Position numbers and translations under genes: made by a program
Part shown: positions 36,909 to 50,035 of the stretch, one piece after another
Position numbering within the stretch: the stretch's first letter is position 1
Layout of the letters: each line of letters starts with the position of its first letter
NCBI GenBank assembly: GCA_951406725.2
Contig: OX597816.1
Location: 13,454,001 to 13,518,000 of the forward strand
DNA: 64,000 nucleotides
Origin: Octopus vulgaris
Lineage: Eukaryota
Direction of reading: 5' to 3'
Notes under the pieces: model-generated
Database searches by the model: none
Told to the model about the DNA's origin: nothing
The model's input: only the letters and a program-made list of their open reading frames with translations

Positions 36909-38681
36909 ATTATTTTAAGTGACAGAAAGGTTACTAGCTGGCAGGATCATTGGTGCGGCGAACAAAATGCAGCTCTTTACTTTCTGCGTCAAATGCCACC
37001 GATGTCCCTTTTTCATGCTGTCGGGTTTCGATAAACTATGCACCGATTGAGCACTGATATCAATGTATCTGATTTGACGTGCCAAAATTTGAAATCAATA
37101 TCCCAACCATAAGACCGTACAACCCGAAGGGCCAACTTGCTACTAGATCCCGTACCTACCTCTATAAAATGTCTATATCTATGAACTTAGCATGATATAA
37201 TCGACTGTGACAGAATCTCTTCACGGATGTTTCACTCTCGTCAAAACCTGCTGCCTTAAAGAATGAAGTTCACACTGGATAACAATGTCGTTCGAGATAT
37301 ACTAGCCTAGGAAAGGACGGGACGGTCACAGATGGAACGCCTTTCATCTTGGTTCTGCTTGACCGAGTCTGACCTGGATACAGACGACCACAAGACCAAC
37401 AAGCAAATACCATTTCTACTGTCATTTTCAATGGTTGACTGCTCCTACTCTGTTTCAGCCTTCACACTTTCAGCTTGGAAAATTATTTCCTGATAATGGA
37501 CCTAACATCTCTGTCGTCTCTCGTGTGCACGTAGCGTCCGGGGCAGCCCTTGTGTTTGTATCCCACAGCCCACCCTGGGCCGCAGCCTATGTAATCTTAT
37601 AGAGCAGACTGAAAAATGCCACCTCCACAAAAAGCTTCGTCCATGGATATTATAACCCTCGCCACACCCTCTATCTACTCCCCTTCATAACTTAGCAGCT
37701 GGCATCGTGTCATCTGCTTAGTTGTTCAGTTGTTACCACTGGCCGAGTATTGATTAAACACCACCATTTTTCAACTAAAATTTTAAATAAAGCATTACAA
37801 CTTCCAAACAGGTTGGGTGAGAATAACCATTGCTAACCCTCTTATCGAGGTCAAATACACAATATACTTTTGATAAACATGTTTATTTTAGTACTTGTTT
37901 TTGTTTTCCAGTTTTATTTTTACAATTCATAAATAACTTGTTGACCAAAGCAGTTTACACCGAAAATGTTTTAAGCGAAAATATCCAAGTATAGTTAATT
38001 GAAATATGTGATAATAGAAACGCTACAGAATTGAAAGAAAGCTGAGCTTAGCACCTAAAAGCAATAGTTTTTTTTCTGGTCGTCGAACGAGATATTATAT
38101 TTATTCAAATCAATTACTGAGACCTGGCTATTACTCTTCCATTTTTCTCTGCATTCTCTTTTCTTTTTTCATTTTTTTTTTACGTTTTTGCCTAAAGAGG
38201 TAGAAGCCGTGTATTACCTCCCCTTTGGGGTTTTTCCAATGATGAAAAGTTAGCGATTCAGTTTCATACAATATATTGAATCTCTAACTGCAAATAGAAC
38301 GAAAAGCAGTTGCACGCTGAGTTGCAGAAATACAGAATACAAAAAAGAAAAAGGAAAAAAAAATTAAAAGCTATTACAGCAATTAATGAATGCGAAATAA
38401 TATTAATGACATTTGATTTCAGCCAAAAAAGAACTGAAGCAAAAATAAACACACAAGCATTTGGAGGAAGAAAGAGAGAGCTAATTTAAATCAACTAGAG
38501 TACTTGGGAAGCACTAGCTTTATCGATCTTGGAGTAATTAAAAGCAAAGTCAATTTTGGTAAAATATTGTCTCGGGACATAAATAAGTCATAATTAAGTA
38601 TCCAAAGGCATTTTGGTTCGAATGAAATACTGAACGGCCTTAATAATGATGATAATAATAATAATGATAATAATAATAATA

Positions 38682-38714
<33 letters not shown>

Positions 38715-38716
<2 letters not shown>

Positions 38717-38922
38717 CCTTACTGTAATAGGCACAAGGCTGGCTGTTGGGAGGAAGAGGATAGTCGATTACATCGACCCCCAATACTCAATTGGTACTTA
38801 ATTTATCGACCCCCGAAAGGATGAAAGGTAAAGCCGACCTCGGTGCAATTTGAACTCAGAACATAGCGATGGGTGAAATACCGCTAAGCGTTTCATCCAG
38901 CGTGCTAACAATCTTGCCAAAT
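38715..38922 (-). mobile_element. SINE family B variant embedded in (AAT)n/(GAT)n
   Basis: B core; flanked by trinucleotide arrays 38641-38715 and 38925-39116. Confidence 0.8.
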
Positions 38923-38923
38923 C

Positions 38924-39001
<78 letters not shown>

Positions 39002-39027
39002 TAATAATAATAATGATAATAATAATA

Positions 39028-39115
<88 letters not shown>

Positions 39116-39130
39116 CACGACGACGACAAT

Positions 39131-39766
39131 TTCTTTTACTGGCCATAAAGTCAATATGAAAGAACGAGATACAACACGCAAAAACAGGTGGGGTTTACAC
39201 CGAGCAAAGGGATACACTACAATATTAAAGGATATAACAAGGGTATATATATAAATAGGTATTAGAGAAATGAATCATTAAGGTAATTCGGAATAAACCC
39301 AATGCAAAAGACCCGGATTACTATGTCATCCCTAAGGCACGGGGCGTGACATCTTTCAATTTCTTTCCTCCTAGTTAGAAAAGCATTCTCAAAATAGATC
39401 CATTCAGTCTTACCAGACTTTCCACTCCCGACCACATTTTGATAAACACACTAAAAGCCAGCACCTCTTTTTCTACCCTCATCTTTCTCTTCAAACGATA
39501 TTTCAATGAATTGATGAGAACTTGACCAGATAGGAAAGTGCCTGTGTTCACACCTTTCAGACGGGTCCACCACACGGCCTCTTTTGCCACAGCTACTAAA
39601 CAGAAAAAGATCTGCCATCCCTCTCTACTAAAAGAAAGTGGTGCGTCGATTCCACGATACGCTCGGCGGACATCTCGATTCGTCTTACACGAAACAGCAA
39701 CTGCTCAACACAAGCCCACAACACTCTAATGCACAGAGACTGAATGACTGCATGCAGGGCGATTTC
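39131..39766 (-). mobile_element. 5'-truncated Tx1/L1-clade LINE (ORF2 C-terminus plus 3'UTR)
   Basis: Minus strand EIALHAVIQSLCIRVLWACVEQLL..(frameshift)..FFCLVAVAKEAVWWTRLKG..FIKMWSG..RMLF*, like the post-zinc-finger ET..H....C....W and AK..IW..R region of L1/Tx1 ORF2. Confidence 0.7.
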
Positions 39767-39770
39767 CCCT

Positions 39771-40210
39771 CTGAAGTTTTCAGTCTCTAGTAGAGTCGAG
39801 TGCTGTAATTTCAGCCATTTATACGCCAGGGAAACCGAATTTATCTGGAGTTTTCAGTCCTCAGGTTAGCAACAGATATAACTCTACGTCTCTAGTAGAG
39901 TCGAGTACTGTAATCTCAGCAATTTATACGCCAGGGAAACCGAATTTATCTGGAGTTTTCAGTCCTCAGGTTGGCGACAGATCTAACTCTACGTCTCTAG
40001 TGGAGTCGAGTGCTGTAATCTCAGCCATTTATACGCCAGGGAAACCGAATTTATCTGGAGTTTTCAATCCTCAGGTTGGTAACAGATCTAACTCTACATC
40101 TCTAGTGGAGTCGAATGCTGTAATCACAGCCATTTATACGCCAGGGAAACCGAATTTATCTGGAGTTTTCCAGTCCTCATGTTGGCAACAGATCTAACTC
40201 TACGTCTCTA
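39771..40210. repeat. Minisatellite, four 105-bp units
   Basis: Units start at 39784, 39889, 39994 and 40099 (TCTCTAGT(A/G)GAGTCGA..). Confidence 0.95.
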
Positions 40211-41190
40211 ATGCTTCTGTCAACAGTCCATCAACGTCGGAAACGACAATAAGATTTTATTGGGAAATAGAAACACATTTTCGTATCACACACACAAAAT
40301 CTCATCAATGGTAAAAAGCAAGCAACTCTTTTCTTGTTTTTGTTTCTTTGCTGTTTTTTTGTTTTTTTTCAATTTCGGAAAATCCGTAGAGATTGGGGAA
40401 TAAAATAGTTGAGCTTAGTTTTAGTTTATTTAACCTTTTGCAAATGATATAATAGTGATAGGAATAAGAAAATCAAGAGCGACATAGAAACACAGCGAAA
40501 AAAACGACACAAGCATTTTTTTTTCTTCTTTTTCTCGCCGCATCGACTAAATAATTGAAAGGGGTAGAAAGAAGGAAACAAAAACAACCGTTAACTAATA
40601 TTAGAGAGAACAATATTGTCCACCCAGCTTTAACTCTGTTCTCGGAAAATTGAGTCAGTCTCTATAGATTCAACGTAGCAAGCAAAAGAGACAGTGAAAA
40701 CTTCAAACAAATTCCGATCTCTTTGCTCGTCAGATAACAATTTTCCTAGTCATACATTGAGCAAATAAACACAGTTTCTACGTTGTTAAAATTTTCCGAA
40801 TCGACAGATTTTCTTGATTTCCCAACGCGAATATTAAAGCATTCATCAACTTTTGTACATATATAATATGTATAGCTATACGTGTTTTCTTTTTTTTTCT
40901 TTTTTAGGCTTCGTATGAAGTCGAGAATATGTGACGCTTATTTTTTTTTTTCACTTGACAATGCGAAAATGTGTTCTATACAAATGAATACGTACAAGTA
41001 TGGTAAATAAAATTTACCTACGTGTTCTTTATTTTTTTATTCTGGTCCAACATAATTGCTTTTCCTGTGATGTTTTCTTGATGTGGTGTGCGCATGTTTG
41101 TATATAGTATGTGCACATCTAGATAAGTATATGGCTGTGTATTCATTTACACATAGAAATATATATACACTTATACATATATACATATAC

Positions 41191-41235
<45 letters not shown>

Positions 41236-41249
41236 TGTATGTATGTATT

Positions 41250-41300
<51 letters not shown>

Positions 41301-41614
41301 GTATATATATATATACATATATATATATGTATACATATGTATATATCTATATATATATTTGTCTGTATATATGTATATATATATACATATATTTATGTGT
41401 GTGAATGTATGTGTATATATATATACAGAGAGAGAGAGAGAGAAGGAGAGTGAGAGACAGAGGGAGGAAATGTGAAGCCTATAATTATACATGTGATTTC
41501 ATGTTATAGAAATAAAGCACAGTTCTAAAATGAAGACACGGTGAATCCTTGCATTGCCTCTATGGATTTTTATATATATATAATCAAAATAAGCAACAAG
41601 TTATCCAAAGGTAG

Positions 41615-41702
41615 TGTAGTACAATCGTTTCATACTACTTCATTTAATTAAGCAATGTAAGTATTACATCAGTTTTAAAATGTAGAGCACTCTTCAGCCA
41701 CA
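41615..41702 (-). ncRNA. Hammerhead-like ribozyme with long stem II in a Penelope-like end
   Basis: Minus strand UGUGG-CUGAAGA-GUGCU..AGUAU-GAAA-CGAUUG-UA^CUACA; homologous to 17769-17867. Confidence 0.6.
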
Positions 41703-42093
41703 TATAGACAATGCTCATTTCTATACTTATTCTATTTGCCAACATTACAAATAGGGTAGATATATAGACAGAGAGGTTAATTTCATCATTAAGAACATGG
41801 TACTAGAAGGTCCTTCTCCATGGGCAGATTTTTTTATCACTGAGTTCACTTTGTTATTTAGATTTATCAATGGGGAGGAGTGGTTTTTTATATTTCGTTC
41901 AGTGGAGACAAACAATAATTTTTTTCTATTTATAGATAGAGGAAGGGGTAGTACAAATGTCAGAGCCATAAATCCAACACTATTATTTCATAATAGGGTT
42001 GGATTTATGGCTCAGAATTATTAATATAAAGCTTAATTGGAAGAGGATGTGTGGCGTTCAATCATATAACAATATAAATAATATATATATTAT

Positions 42094-42380
42094 AGCCTGG
42101 ATTTCAAGGGGCCACAGCTTTTTAATATTCTCCCGAAGAGTCTGAGGAACTTGCACAAAGTAGATGTAGCAGTTTTTAAATCAAAGCTGGACATCTTCCT
42201 GTCAAGAGTCCCAGATGAAACTACCTCACGGCAAGAGGTGCAAATGAGAGTAGCTATATCAAACTCCATTCTTCACCAAGTGCCACATATTAGACGAGTT
42301 TCTTCGCAATAACAGTGTAGCACAAAACGGCGGTGCATCAGCATGGCCGCAGCACTGAGCTGAAACTAGATAAAAAAAAT
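42094..42380 (+). mobile_element. 3' end of a CR1/L2-type LINE
   Basis: SLDFKGPQLFNILPKSLRNLHKVDVAVFKSKLDIFLSRVPDE..SNSILHQV..* (stop 42310-42312), then a 3'UTR GGCGGTGCATCAGCATGGCCGCAGC..CTGAAAC. Confidence 0.8.
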
Positions 42381-42381
42381 A

Positions 42382-42423
<42 letters not shown>

Positions 42424-42616
42424 GTGTGTGTATGTATGTATGTATGTATGTATGTATGTATGTATGTATGTATGTATGTATGTATGTATATGTGGGCATA
42501 GGACCTCATGAAACGTGTACAATAAAAAATACGTAGTGCGAGTACATGGAATATGAACAATTTTTTTCGAACAACGAAAGACACAAATGGAAAACAAGAC
42601 AAAGAATATGAAGAAC

Positions 42617-42728
<112 letters not shown>

Positions 42729-42732
42729 CATG

Positions 42733-43610
42733 GCAGTTTAAGCCGAACTCCAACGTGCCGAATAGCCGTTGTTTTAAAATAAAATTAAAATAAGAACAAA
42801 CGAACTTTTCTCCTTGGTACGAACATGATGTAAGGCGAGCTATCTTACCTTTTTCAATATACTGAATACCTTGGGTTACGAACTGATATGGATAGATAAA
42901 GGTAAATATATTTTATAGTTATTATTTTTTTCTTAAAATATGGTATATACAACCGAAGATCGGAAAATGTGCTTCTAAATTAAGTTTATTTTTTAAGAAT
43001 TACTCTTTTACTCTCTTTTACTTGTATCAGTCATTTGACTGTGGTCATGGTGGAGCACCGCCTTTAGTCGAGAGAATCGACCCCAGGACTTATTCCTTCT
43101 AAGCCTAATACTTATTCTATAGGGCTCTTTTGCCGTACCGCTAGGTTACGGGGTCATAAACACACCACCATCGGTTGTCAAGCGATGGTGGGGGGACAAA
43201 CACAGACACACAAACATATACGCACGCACACATATATACATATGCATATATACGACGGGCTTCTTTCAGTTTCCATCTACCAAATCCACTCACAAGGCTT
43301 TGGTCGGCCTGAGGCTATAGTAGAAGACACTTGCCCAAGGTGCCACGCAGTGGGACTAAACCCGGAACCATGTGGTTGGTAAGCAAGCTACTTAGCACAC
43401 AGCCACTTGTGCGCAGCATATTGATTTATTTAGTTTGTACATTATTCGTGAAACTAGTTTTGTATTTACCGCAGTAACTAAAAAATAGACTTGATCTATT
43501 TCGCTCGCCTTACATCATGTTCGTACCAAGGAGAAAATCCATTTATTTTTATTTCATCTTTATTTTAAAAACAACGGCCGTTCAACACGTTGGAGTCTGG
43601 CTTTAACTGC
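42733..43610. mobile_element. Fold-back/MITE-like element with ~110-bp inverted arms
   Basis: 42733-42840 versus 43503-43610; perfect 35-bp inner core TTTTCTCCTTGGTACGAACATGATGTAAGGCGAGC; a SINE-A sits in the spacer. Confidence 0.65.
43001..43414 (-). mobile_element. SINE family A
   Basis: Full family-A body. Confidence 0.9.
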
Positions 43611-43739
43611 TCTTTCTCCCTTTCTTTTACTTTATATATATATTTTTATATGTATATATACTTAATTTGCGCTATGTGGATGAACAAGTATGTTTCTTCT
43701 CCCTCCTTTACTTATAAATGTGTATACATATTCAAAATG

Positions 43740-43950
43740 TGACCGCGTGTGTACCGTTGGCGATTTTTTTCCTCCATCTTCCCTTCCTCGGATCTTTCCT
43801 TTTCCTATGTTTCTGACGAAGAGCTCCGCTCGAAACGTTAAATCCTCCTTCTTTCTTTCCTTTCCTGAGCGTCCAATAACACTATACTTGTTCCACGTCC
43901 TCGCGTTGTTGTGTTTTCTCTTTGTGTTTTCATGTTTGGATTAACTATAT
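43740..43950 (+). mobile_element. Penelope-like terminal repeat with minimal hammerhead motif (43808-43843)
   Basis: GTTT-CTGACGA-A-GAGC(TCC)GCTC-GAAA-CGTT-AAAT; ends in ACTATATATA. Confidence 0.6.
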
Positions 43951-44187
43951 ATATACATACATACATACATACATACATACATACATACATACATACATAC
44001 ATACATACATACATACATACAGTAGAATAAGAAATAAAAAAATCTTTGGTACAGTATTATATATTTTTTTTAAATGAATAGATATGGCTTTTCTGATAAT
44101 TCTTCCACTTTAATAATTAGATGTTTATAAGTTTATTAACGTGGAAAATTTATCAGAAAAGCCATTTTTATTCATTGTTTCAAACAC

Positions 44188-44218
<31 letters not shown>

Positions 44219-44540
44219 TACACATACACACACACACATATGTGTATATATATATGTATATTTACGCATATTTTTATGATACGTATATCAGGAAATGATT
44301 TACAAATATATATGTGTGTGTGTCTGCTGTCTACCTGACTGTTTCTGCTGTCATTTAAATTTATATATTATTTAACATATCTTCCTGAAACAGATGAGCT
44401 GGTGTCTGATAAAGACACAACGATTGCTGGGATGTAGACAGCGAAAACAAATTCAAGACTTGAACATGAGACTGGCATATTTCTTTCCGATCAACTTCGA
44501 GATAGTATTTGTAAAATATTTATGCTTTCTCTCAGATATT

Positions 44541-44770
44541 TCTTTTACGCTTTTACTTGATACCAGTCAGTTGACTGCGGCCATGCTGGAGTATTACTTT
44601 AAAGGGTTTTCTAGTCGTAGAAATCGACTCCAGGACTTATTTATCGGTCTCTTTTGCTAAACCGCTAACTTTTGCTAAACACACCAAACTCGAATCCTCA
44701 AGCGATTATGAGGAGACAAATTCGGGCACAACGACATTATATATATGTATGTATATATATATATATATAT

Positions 44771-44834
<64 letters not shown>

Positions 44835-44996
44835 GACAGGCTTCTTTCAGTCCCTGTTTATCAAAGCCGCTCACAAGACCTTAGTCGGCCTGTGGCTATT
44901 GTAGAAGACACTCGCCCAGGGTGCCATGCAATGGTACTAAACTAGAACCATGTGGTGGGCAAGCAAGCTTCTTACCACACAGCCACACCTGCGCCT
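44541..44996 (-). mobile_element. SINE family A (more diverged)
   Basis: Family-A head and body with many substitutions. Confidence 0.8.
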
Positions 44997-45046
44997 ATAA
45001 ATATACGAGGGCTCACCGAGATATATGCCAGTTCTTTTCATTTACG

Positions 45047-45407
45047 TACGAGGATGAGTCAAAAAGTAATGCCATTTTATTTAGGACAGGTATAATTACA
45101 AACACAGGAATATGTATCATACATCAAAATGAAGCTGGTCTTCTGTGGATCACATCCCTACTTCTCAACAGAGTCACCGTTTCTCTCAATAGCAATGTTC
45201 CAACTTCAAAAGAGAGCATGTATCCCAGCCCCGTAAAATTCTGATGACTGTTCTTTGAGCCACTTCTTCACTACCTCCACACTCACTAGATTTAGCGCCT
45301 TCAGACTATCATCTCTTCGGCGCCACGAAAGAGGGTTTGAGAGGCAAACATTATTCCAGTGACGAGGAAGTGGAAACTGTAGTGAAGAAGTGGCTCAAAG
45401 AACAGTC
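45047..45407. mobile_element. Rearranged mariner 3' fragment
   Basis: TIR-like TACGAGGATGAGTCAAAAAGTAATG; minus strand VVKKWLKEQSSEFYGAGIHAL..RNGDSVEK*; plus strand PPHSLDLAPSDYHLFGATKEGLRGKHYSSDEEVETVVKKWLKEQS. Confidence 0.85.
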
Positions 45408-47736
45408 TATTTTCTTAGTTACTGTGGTCACTAGAAAGAAATGACAAAAACAAATAAAAGAATAAAAGAATACACCATCCATAGCATTTAAACACAATAT
45501 ATTTGCTGTACACGGTATTATGTAAATAGACTAATTAAATAAATAACATAATGTACTACTATAAAGTTTTCTAAATTTCAGGACATCTCAGATAAGTATA
45601 AAAAGTAAGTTACGATTCAATATTCTAGCTGTCTCATTAATATGTTATAGTTATAATATACGCAACTAGACAGAAAGCGAGTTATCAAGACTGTTGCAGA
45701 AAAACAAGATAAATAATGCATGTAGCGAGAATATATCACCGAAAATCTGACGCAGAATAATAGATTGTATTTACTACGAACATAGTGAGACATTGGCCAG
45801 GATATTATTATATGACATCAAGTGTAGAAGTAGAAAATTAACATTAATGGAAAACTAATATAAACAGCGATAAATCTTAAACAAGTCAAACAACTTTTTT
45901 TGTCTTTGGTTAAACACAATAAATAAAAAGGACCATTGAAAAGCGAAACATCGTGTAAATATCTGGTGACTTATGGTCATGTGATAAGTGAACTTAGGTC
46001 ATGTGATTTTACGGAACCGATTCTCAGTATCGGCATATTACGGGATAAATAAATAAATAAATAAATAAATGGAAAAGTTCATTTACTTGTATCAGGATTA
46101 AAGTGAGAAAATTGTTTTTTTGGCGATTCTCAATAGACCGTAACATTGGTTCGATTGTTTTAAGTTTGAATGGAAAAACCGTGACAGCAAATATTTACAG
46201 ACCTCTGGCCTGGTCTTCGCCAGAAGTGTCTTTTGTCGGTTTTGAGAATGTTTCCGGGACGCCCTTTCTTCTATATATTGCTTTTACGCTTTGCTTTTTT
46301 TTTTTTTCAAACTCCATCAACTTTATATACTTTATACGCACTTTTGACAAGTTGTGGTGTCCCTGAGCACTATATACAATAATTTCATTATTATTATTAT
46401 TTATTTAACTCAGCATTCTAATTGGAGAAAACTACGAGGTTGAAGAGTATACCTGTGTTTTATAGGTTGTTGGTGTTCTGGTTCTTGTTTTGTTACTTTC
46501 GTTTTTTTGGGTTTTTTTGCCCCTGTGCTAACTGCTGGTTGTTGCTGTTGCTTAAGTTTTGCTGAATAATTTCTTGTAATGGGCGTGGGTTATTTGTTGT
46601 TTCTGATGTTGTTGTGGAGGCTTTGCTAATAGACCAATGAGCTGTAGGATCCATGGCGTATCGTTGCCCTTGCTAAATGTTTTGATTAGGTGACGGTCAT
46701 TCATTGCTTCCTTCCGCTTATCTCTCATTACTTAATTATTTCCAGCTTCACCTCATTTGACGAAGAGCAGGATGAAGAGCGCAGACTATGATGGATGCTG
46801 TAGTGCGCATGTGCTATTTTTGTCATTGTTATTGTTGGAGTTTTAGCGATGATGACATTCCTGTGAAATTTCCTTTTCAAAGATGGAAATGCAATCCTTT
46901 GATGATTTGGTTATAGCTTTCTGTTTCTTGCATTTGCTGTTACTATTCGTGTTTCTGTTGCTGTTGATTTTACTTATATTGCTCATGTTTATATGGCTAC
47001 GGTGTTGGCAGCAAGGAGATCACACCAGGGAAGTGCGGTGAAAACCAAAGCAACACGTAAAACGCCAAAGGCGTTTACGGCCATTTTCTAACCTAAAGCC
47101 ACTCGGGTTGAGGTGGCTAGTGCAACCACATTTATGAAGCCTAGGTCTCCTACTCTTCAACACAAATTTTATCGAATGCCCATTCTTCAAATACATGAGG
47201 TGCGGGTTGGATAATCAGATTGTTTTTAGGTTTTATTAGCATTTGCACCTCTAATTTAAACTAATTATGATGTGAGGTTGTTCTCGAGTTGCCAGTCTCC
47301 CATGTTCCTTCAATGGCATTAAACTTATTTCTGGTAAAACATCGTTAGCTATCACCTTGGTCAATTACTGCTTTATAAAGGACGACTGTAAAACAGTTCA
47401 AACGAGCATTTTTTAAGGTTATTTCCTTGGAGTCCTTTTCATTGAGGCATAAAATCAGTCACTCTATATTACCCCATTTTTTGACACACGGTATGGAACT
47501 CCAAACATCCTTCGTACTCTTTCAATCTGTGCTGGGAGTAGAGTGCTCAAGCTTTCTAATTCTTTTGCTCACGTATCTAGCAGATTGGTGTCAGTGAATA
47601 TTTTTCGTTTTCAACAATTGATAAAGTAATTACGCGATAATAAAATGCCGTCTTTATTTTTGCTCAATGTCTTTTCATTTTCAAGCGAATAATTCAGCCA
47701 TGACATTGTAGACTGAGAGCAAGGTATTGTCTTATG

Positions 47737-47968
47737 AAGGCGGCGAGCTAGCAGAATCGTTAGCACGCCAGGCGAAATGCGTAGCTGTATTTCGTCTGCC
47801 GTTACGTTCTGAGTTCAAATTCCGCCGAGGTCGACTTTGCCTTTCATACTTTCGGGGTCGATAAATTAAGTACCAATTACGCCCTGGGGTCGATGTAATC
47901 GACTTAATCCCTTTGTCTGTCCTTGTTTGTCCCCTCTGTGCTTATTCCCTTGTGGGTAGTAAAGAAAT
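47737..47968 (+). mobile_element. SINE family B
   Basis: Full length; TSD AGGTATTGTCTT (47722-47733 and 47969-47980). Confidence 0.9.
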
Positions 47969-49559
47969 AGGTATTGTCTTGTGTATGGTGGGGGCCGATG
48001 GTTACGCTAGTGTAGCAATTTTTCACGGCAGCGATCCTGTTCTAATAACTGATCCCGTAGTTGATATCGTAGTTTTGTCTGCACGTATTCCAATACTTGT
48101 AATGATAATAACATTGGAGGGAGCAGTTGTCGTTGTTCCTGTTATTGGATGTGTTCATGGTGGTTGCGGTGATTCTGATAGTTTTTGTTGTTGTTGTTAC
48201 TGCACTATGTCTGCTAGATTTATTACAGTTGTTGGTGGTTTTTGTTGCTGCCTGCTTAGCTGAGAGGATGGCGATGCAATTTATTTTATATCATGTTATT
48301 ACATCTTCTTCTCAACTTTATTTGGTGAATGAAGATCTTGCTTGTAATAATAAAGGGCACGTCCATAATTCGTTTTCCCCCATTCTCCCACTTTCTCTTA
48401 CAAACCTCACTTTTCATTCTCAAGATACTGTTTAAAAAATTTGGTTATTTTTAAGAAAATAAGCGGATTGACTCCTTATAGAGTCTGGAAAAGAAATTAT
48501 CGTTCTATTCTCCGAGTGACATAAGATATTCACTCCTTGGACGAGCTCACATTCTAAGAAAGGTGGTTTCTGTCCAACACCTTTTGTCAAAGTTTGATAG
48601 TTAATATTAAACAAAAAACAAAAGAAAAAGTGTTTTATTTCCATACTGTGCAATGACATAAGAACAATAAATAATGAAAATTATAACAATAAAATGATGA
48701 TAGCGATAATTATAGTTATAGTTTAATTAAGAATCAAATAAATTGAAAAGACAAAACAGAAAAGCGCAAACAAAATGGCTGCATTTAGCAAAGGTCTGCC
48801 GAAATCTGACCGAGAAAGATTGTATTTATAGTGAATAAGCGGAAGTAGAAGAGTGTGCAACTAGAAAATTGTTAATATCCAGTGTACAACTAAACAATTA
48901 TCTATTAAGAATATTTAAAAATTAATACAAATACTGACAAAACATAAGCAAAAAAGGCATTGTCTTCTGCTTTCAAGGAAACCAATAGACTGAAATGTTA
49001 GACAGATGTAAAGACAAAGGCTAAAACAACGGCAGAAATTATGAAAACGCTAACGAGTAAGGTAAAATGGGGCTACTGAATGTCTACTGGAGCTACTGGT
49101 GCTAAAATTGCGCTAGGAAAAGCCACTTCATGACCATTATGTTAAAAATAAAGATTAGATAGAAAAAGGAAAAGAAAATTTACACTACTGGTTGACAAAC
49201 TTTCAATTCAATGTTTGGATTGGCAGATTTTTGATCACGGAAACTGATTAAAGTATTTCCAACCGTGAACAGAAACAGCATTGAATGAGACAGAGTATAT
49301 TAGGTGAAGTATATGAGGAGGTGGAGGAGGGAACATTTCACCACATAGACTAAAGCTGCCCAATCTTAAGTAAGACTCATTACAACTACAGGTTGGGCAG
49401 AGCATGGGACTGGTCGATGTGCCCAAATAACAACGTCACCATATTCTAAGATATGCTAAACTAACGTAATGGAAAATCAACGTTGATCTATTTGATCTAT
49501 TTGATGTGTGTGTGTCTGTTTGTGTATTCTGTATGTGTGTGTATATATTTGTATGTATG

Positions 49560-50035
49560 TATGTATTTAGGTATGTGTGTCTTTTGTGTCTGTGCTTGTC
49601 CCACTACCATCGCTTCACAACCTATTTCTTTATTACCCACAAGGGGCTAAACATAGAAGGGACAAACAAGGACAGACATAGGTATTAAGTCGGTTACATC
49701 GACCCCAGTGCGTAACTGGTACTTAATTTATCGACCCCGAAAGGATGAAAGGTAAAGTCGACCTCGGCGAAATTTGAACTCACAACGTAACGGCAGACGA
49801 AATACCGCTAAGCATTTCGCCCGACGTGCTAACGTTTCTGCCAGCTCGCCGCCTTCACAACCGATGTTGATATGCTTACGTCCCCGTAAACTACCGATTC
49901 GGCAAAAGAGACTGATAGAATAAGTACCAGGCTTACAAAGAATAAGTCCTGGGATCGATTCCTTCGAGTAAAAAAACCTTCAAAGCGGTGCTCCAGCATG
50001 GCTGAAATCACATTACTGAAACACGTAAAAGAATA
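49560..50035 (+). mobile_element. 3' half of a SINE-A interrupted by a SINE-B (49623-49855, minus)
   Basis: TSD CTTCACAACC at 49613-49622 and 49853-49862 inside the A body. Confidence 0.85.

Noticed and set aside
39771-40210. CRISPR-like regular repeats (also 50221-51100)
   Set aside because: Units are contiguous with no unique spacers; eukaryotic context; no cas genes.
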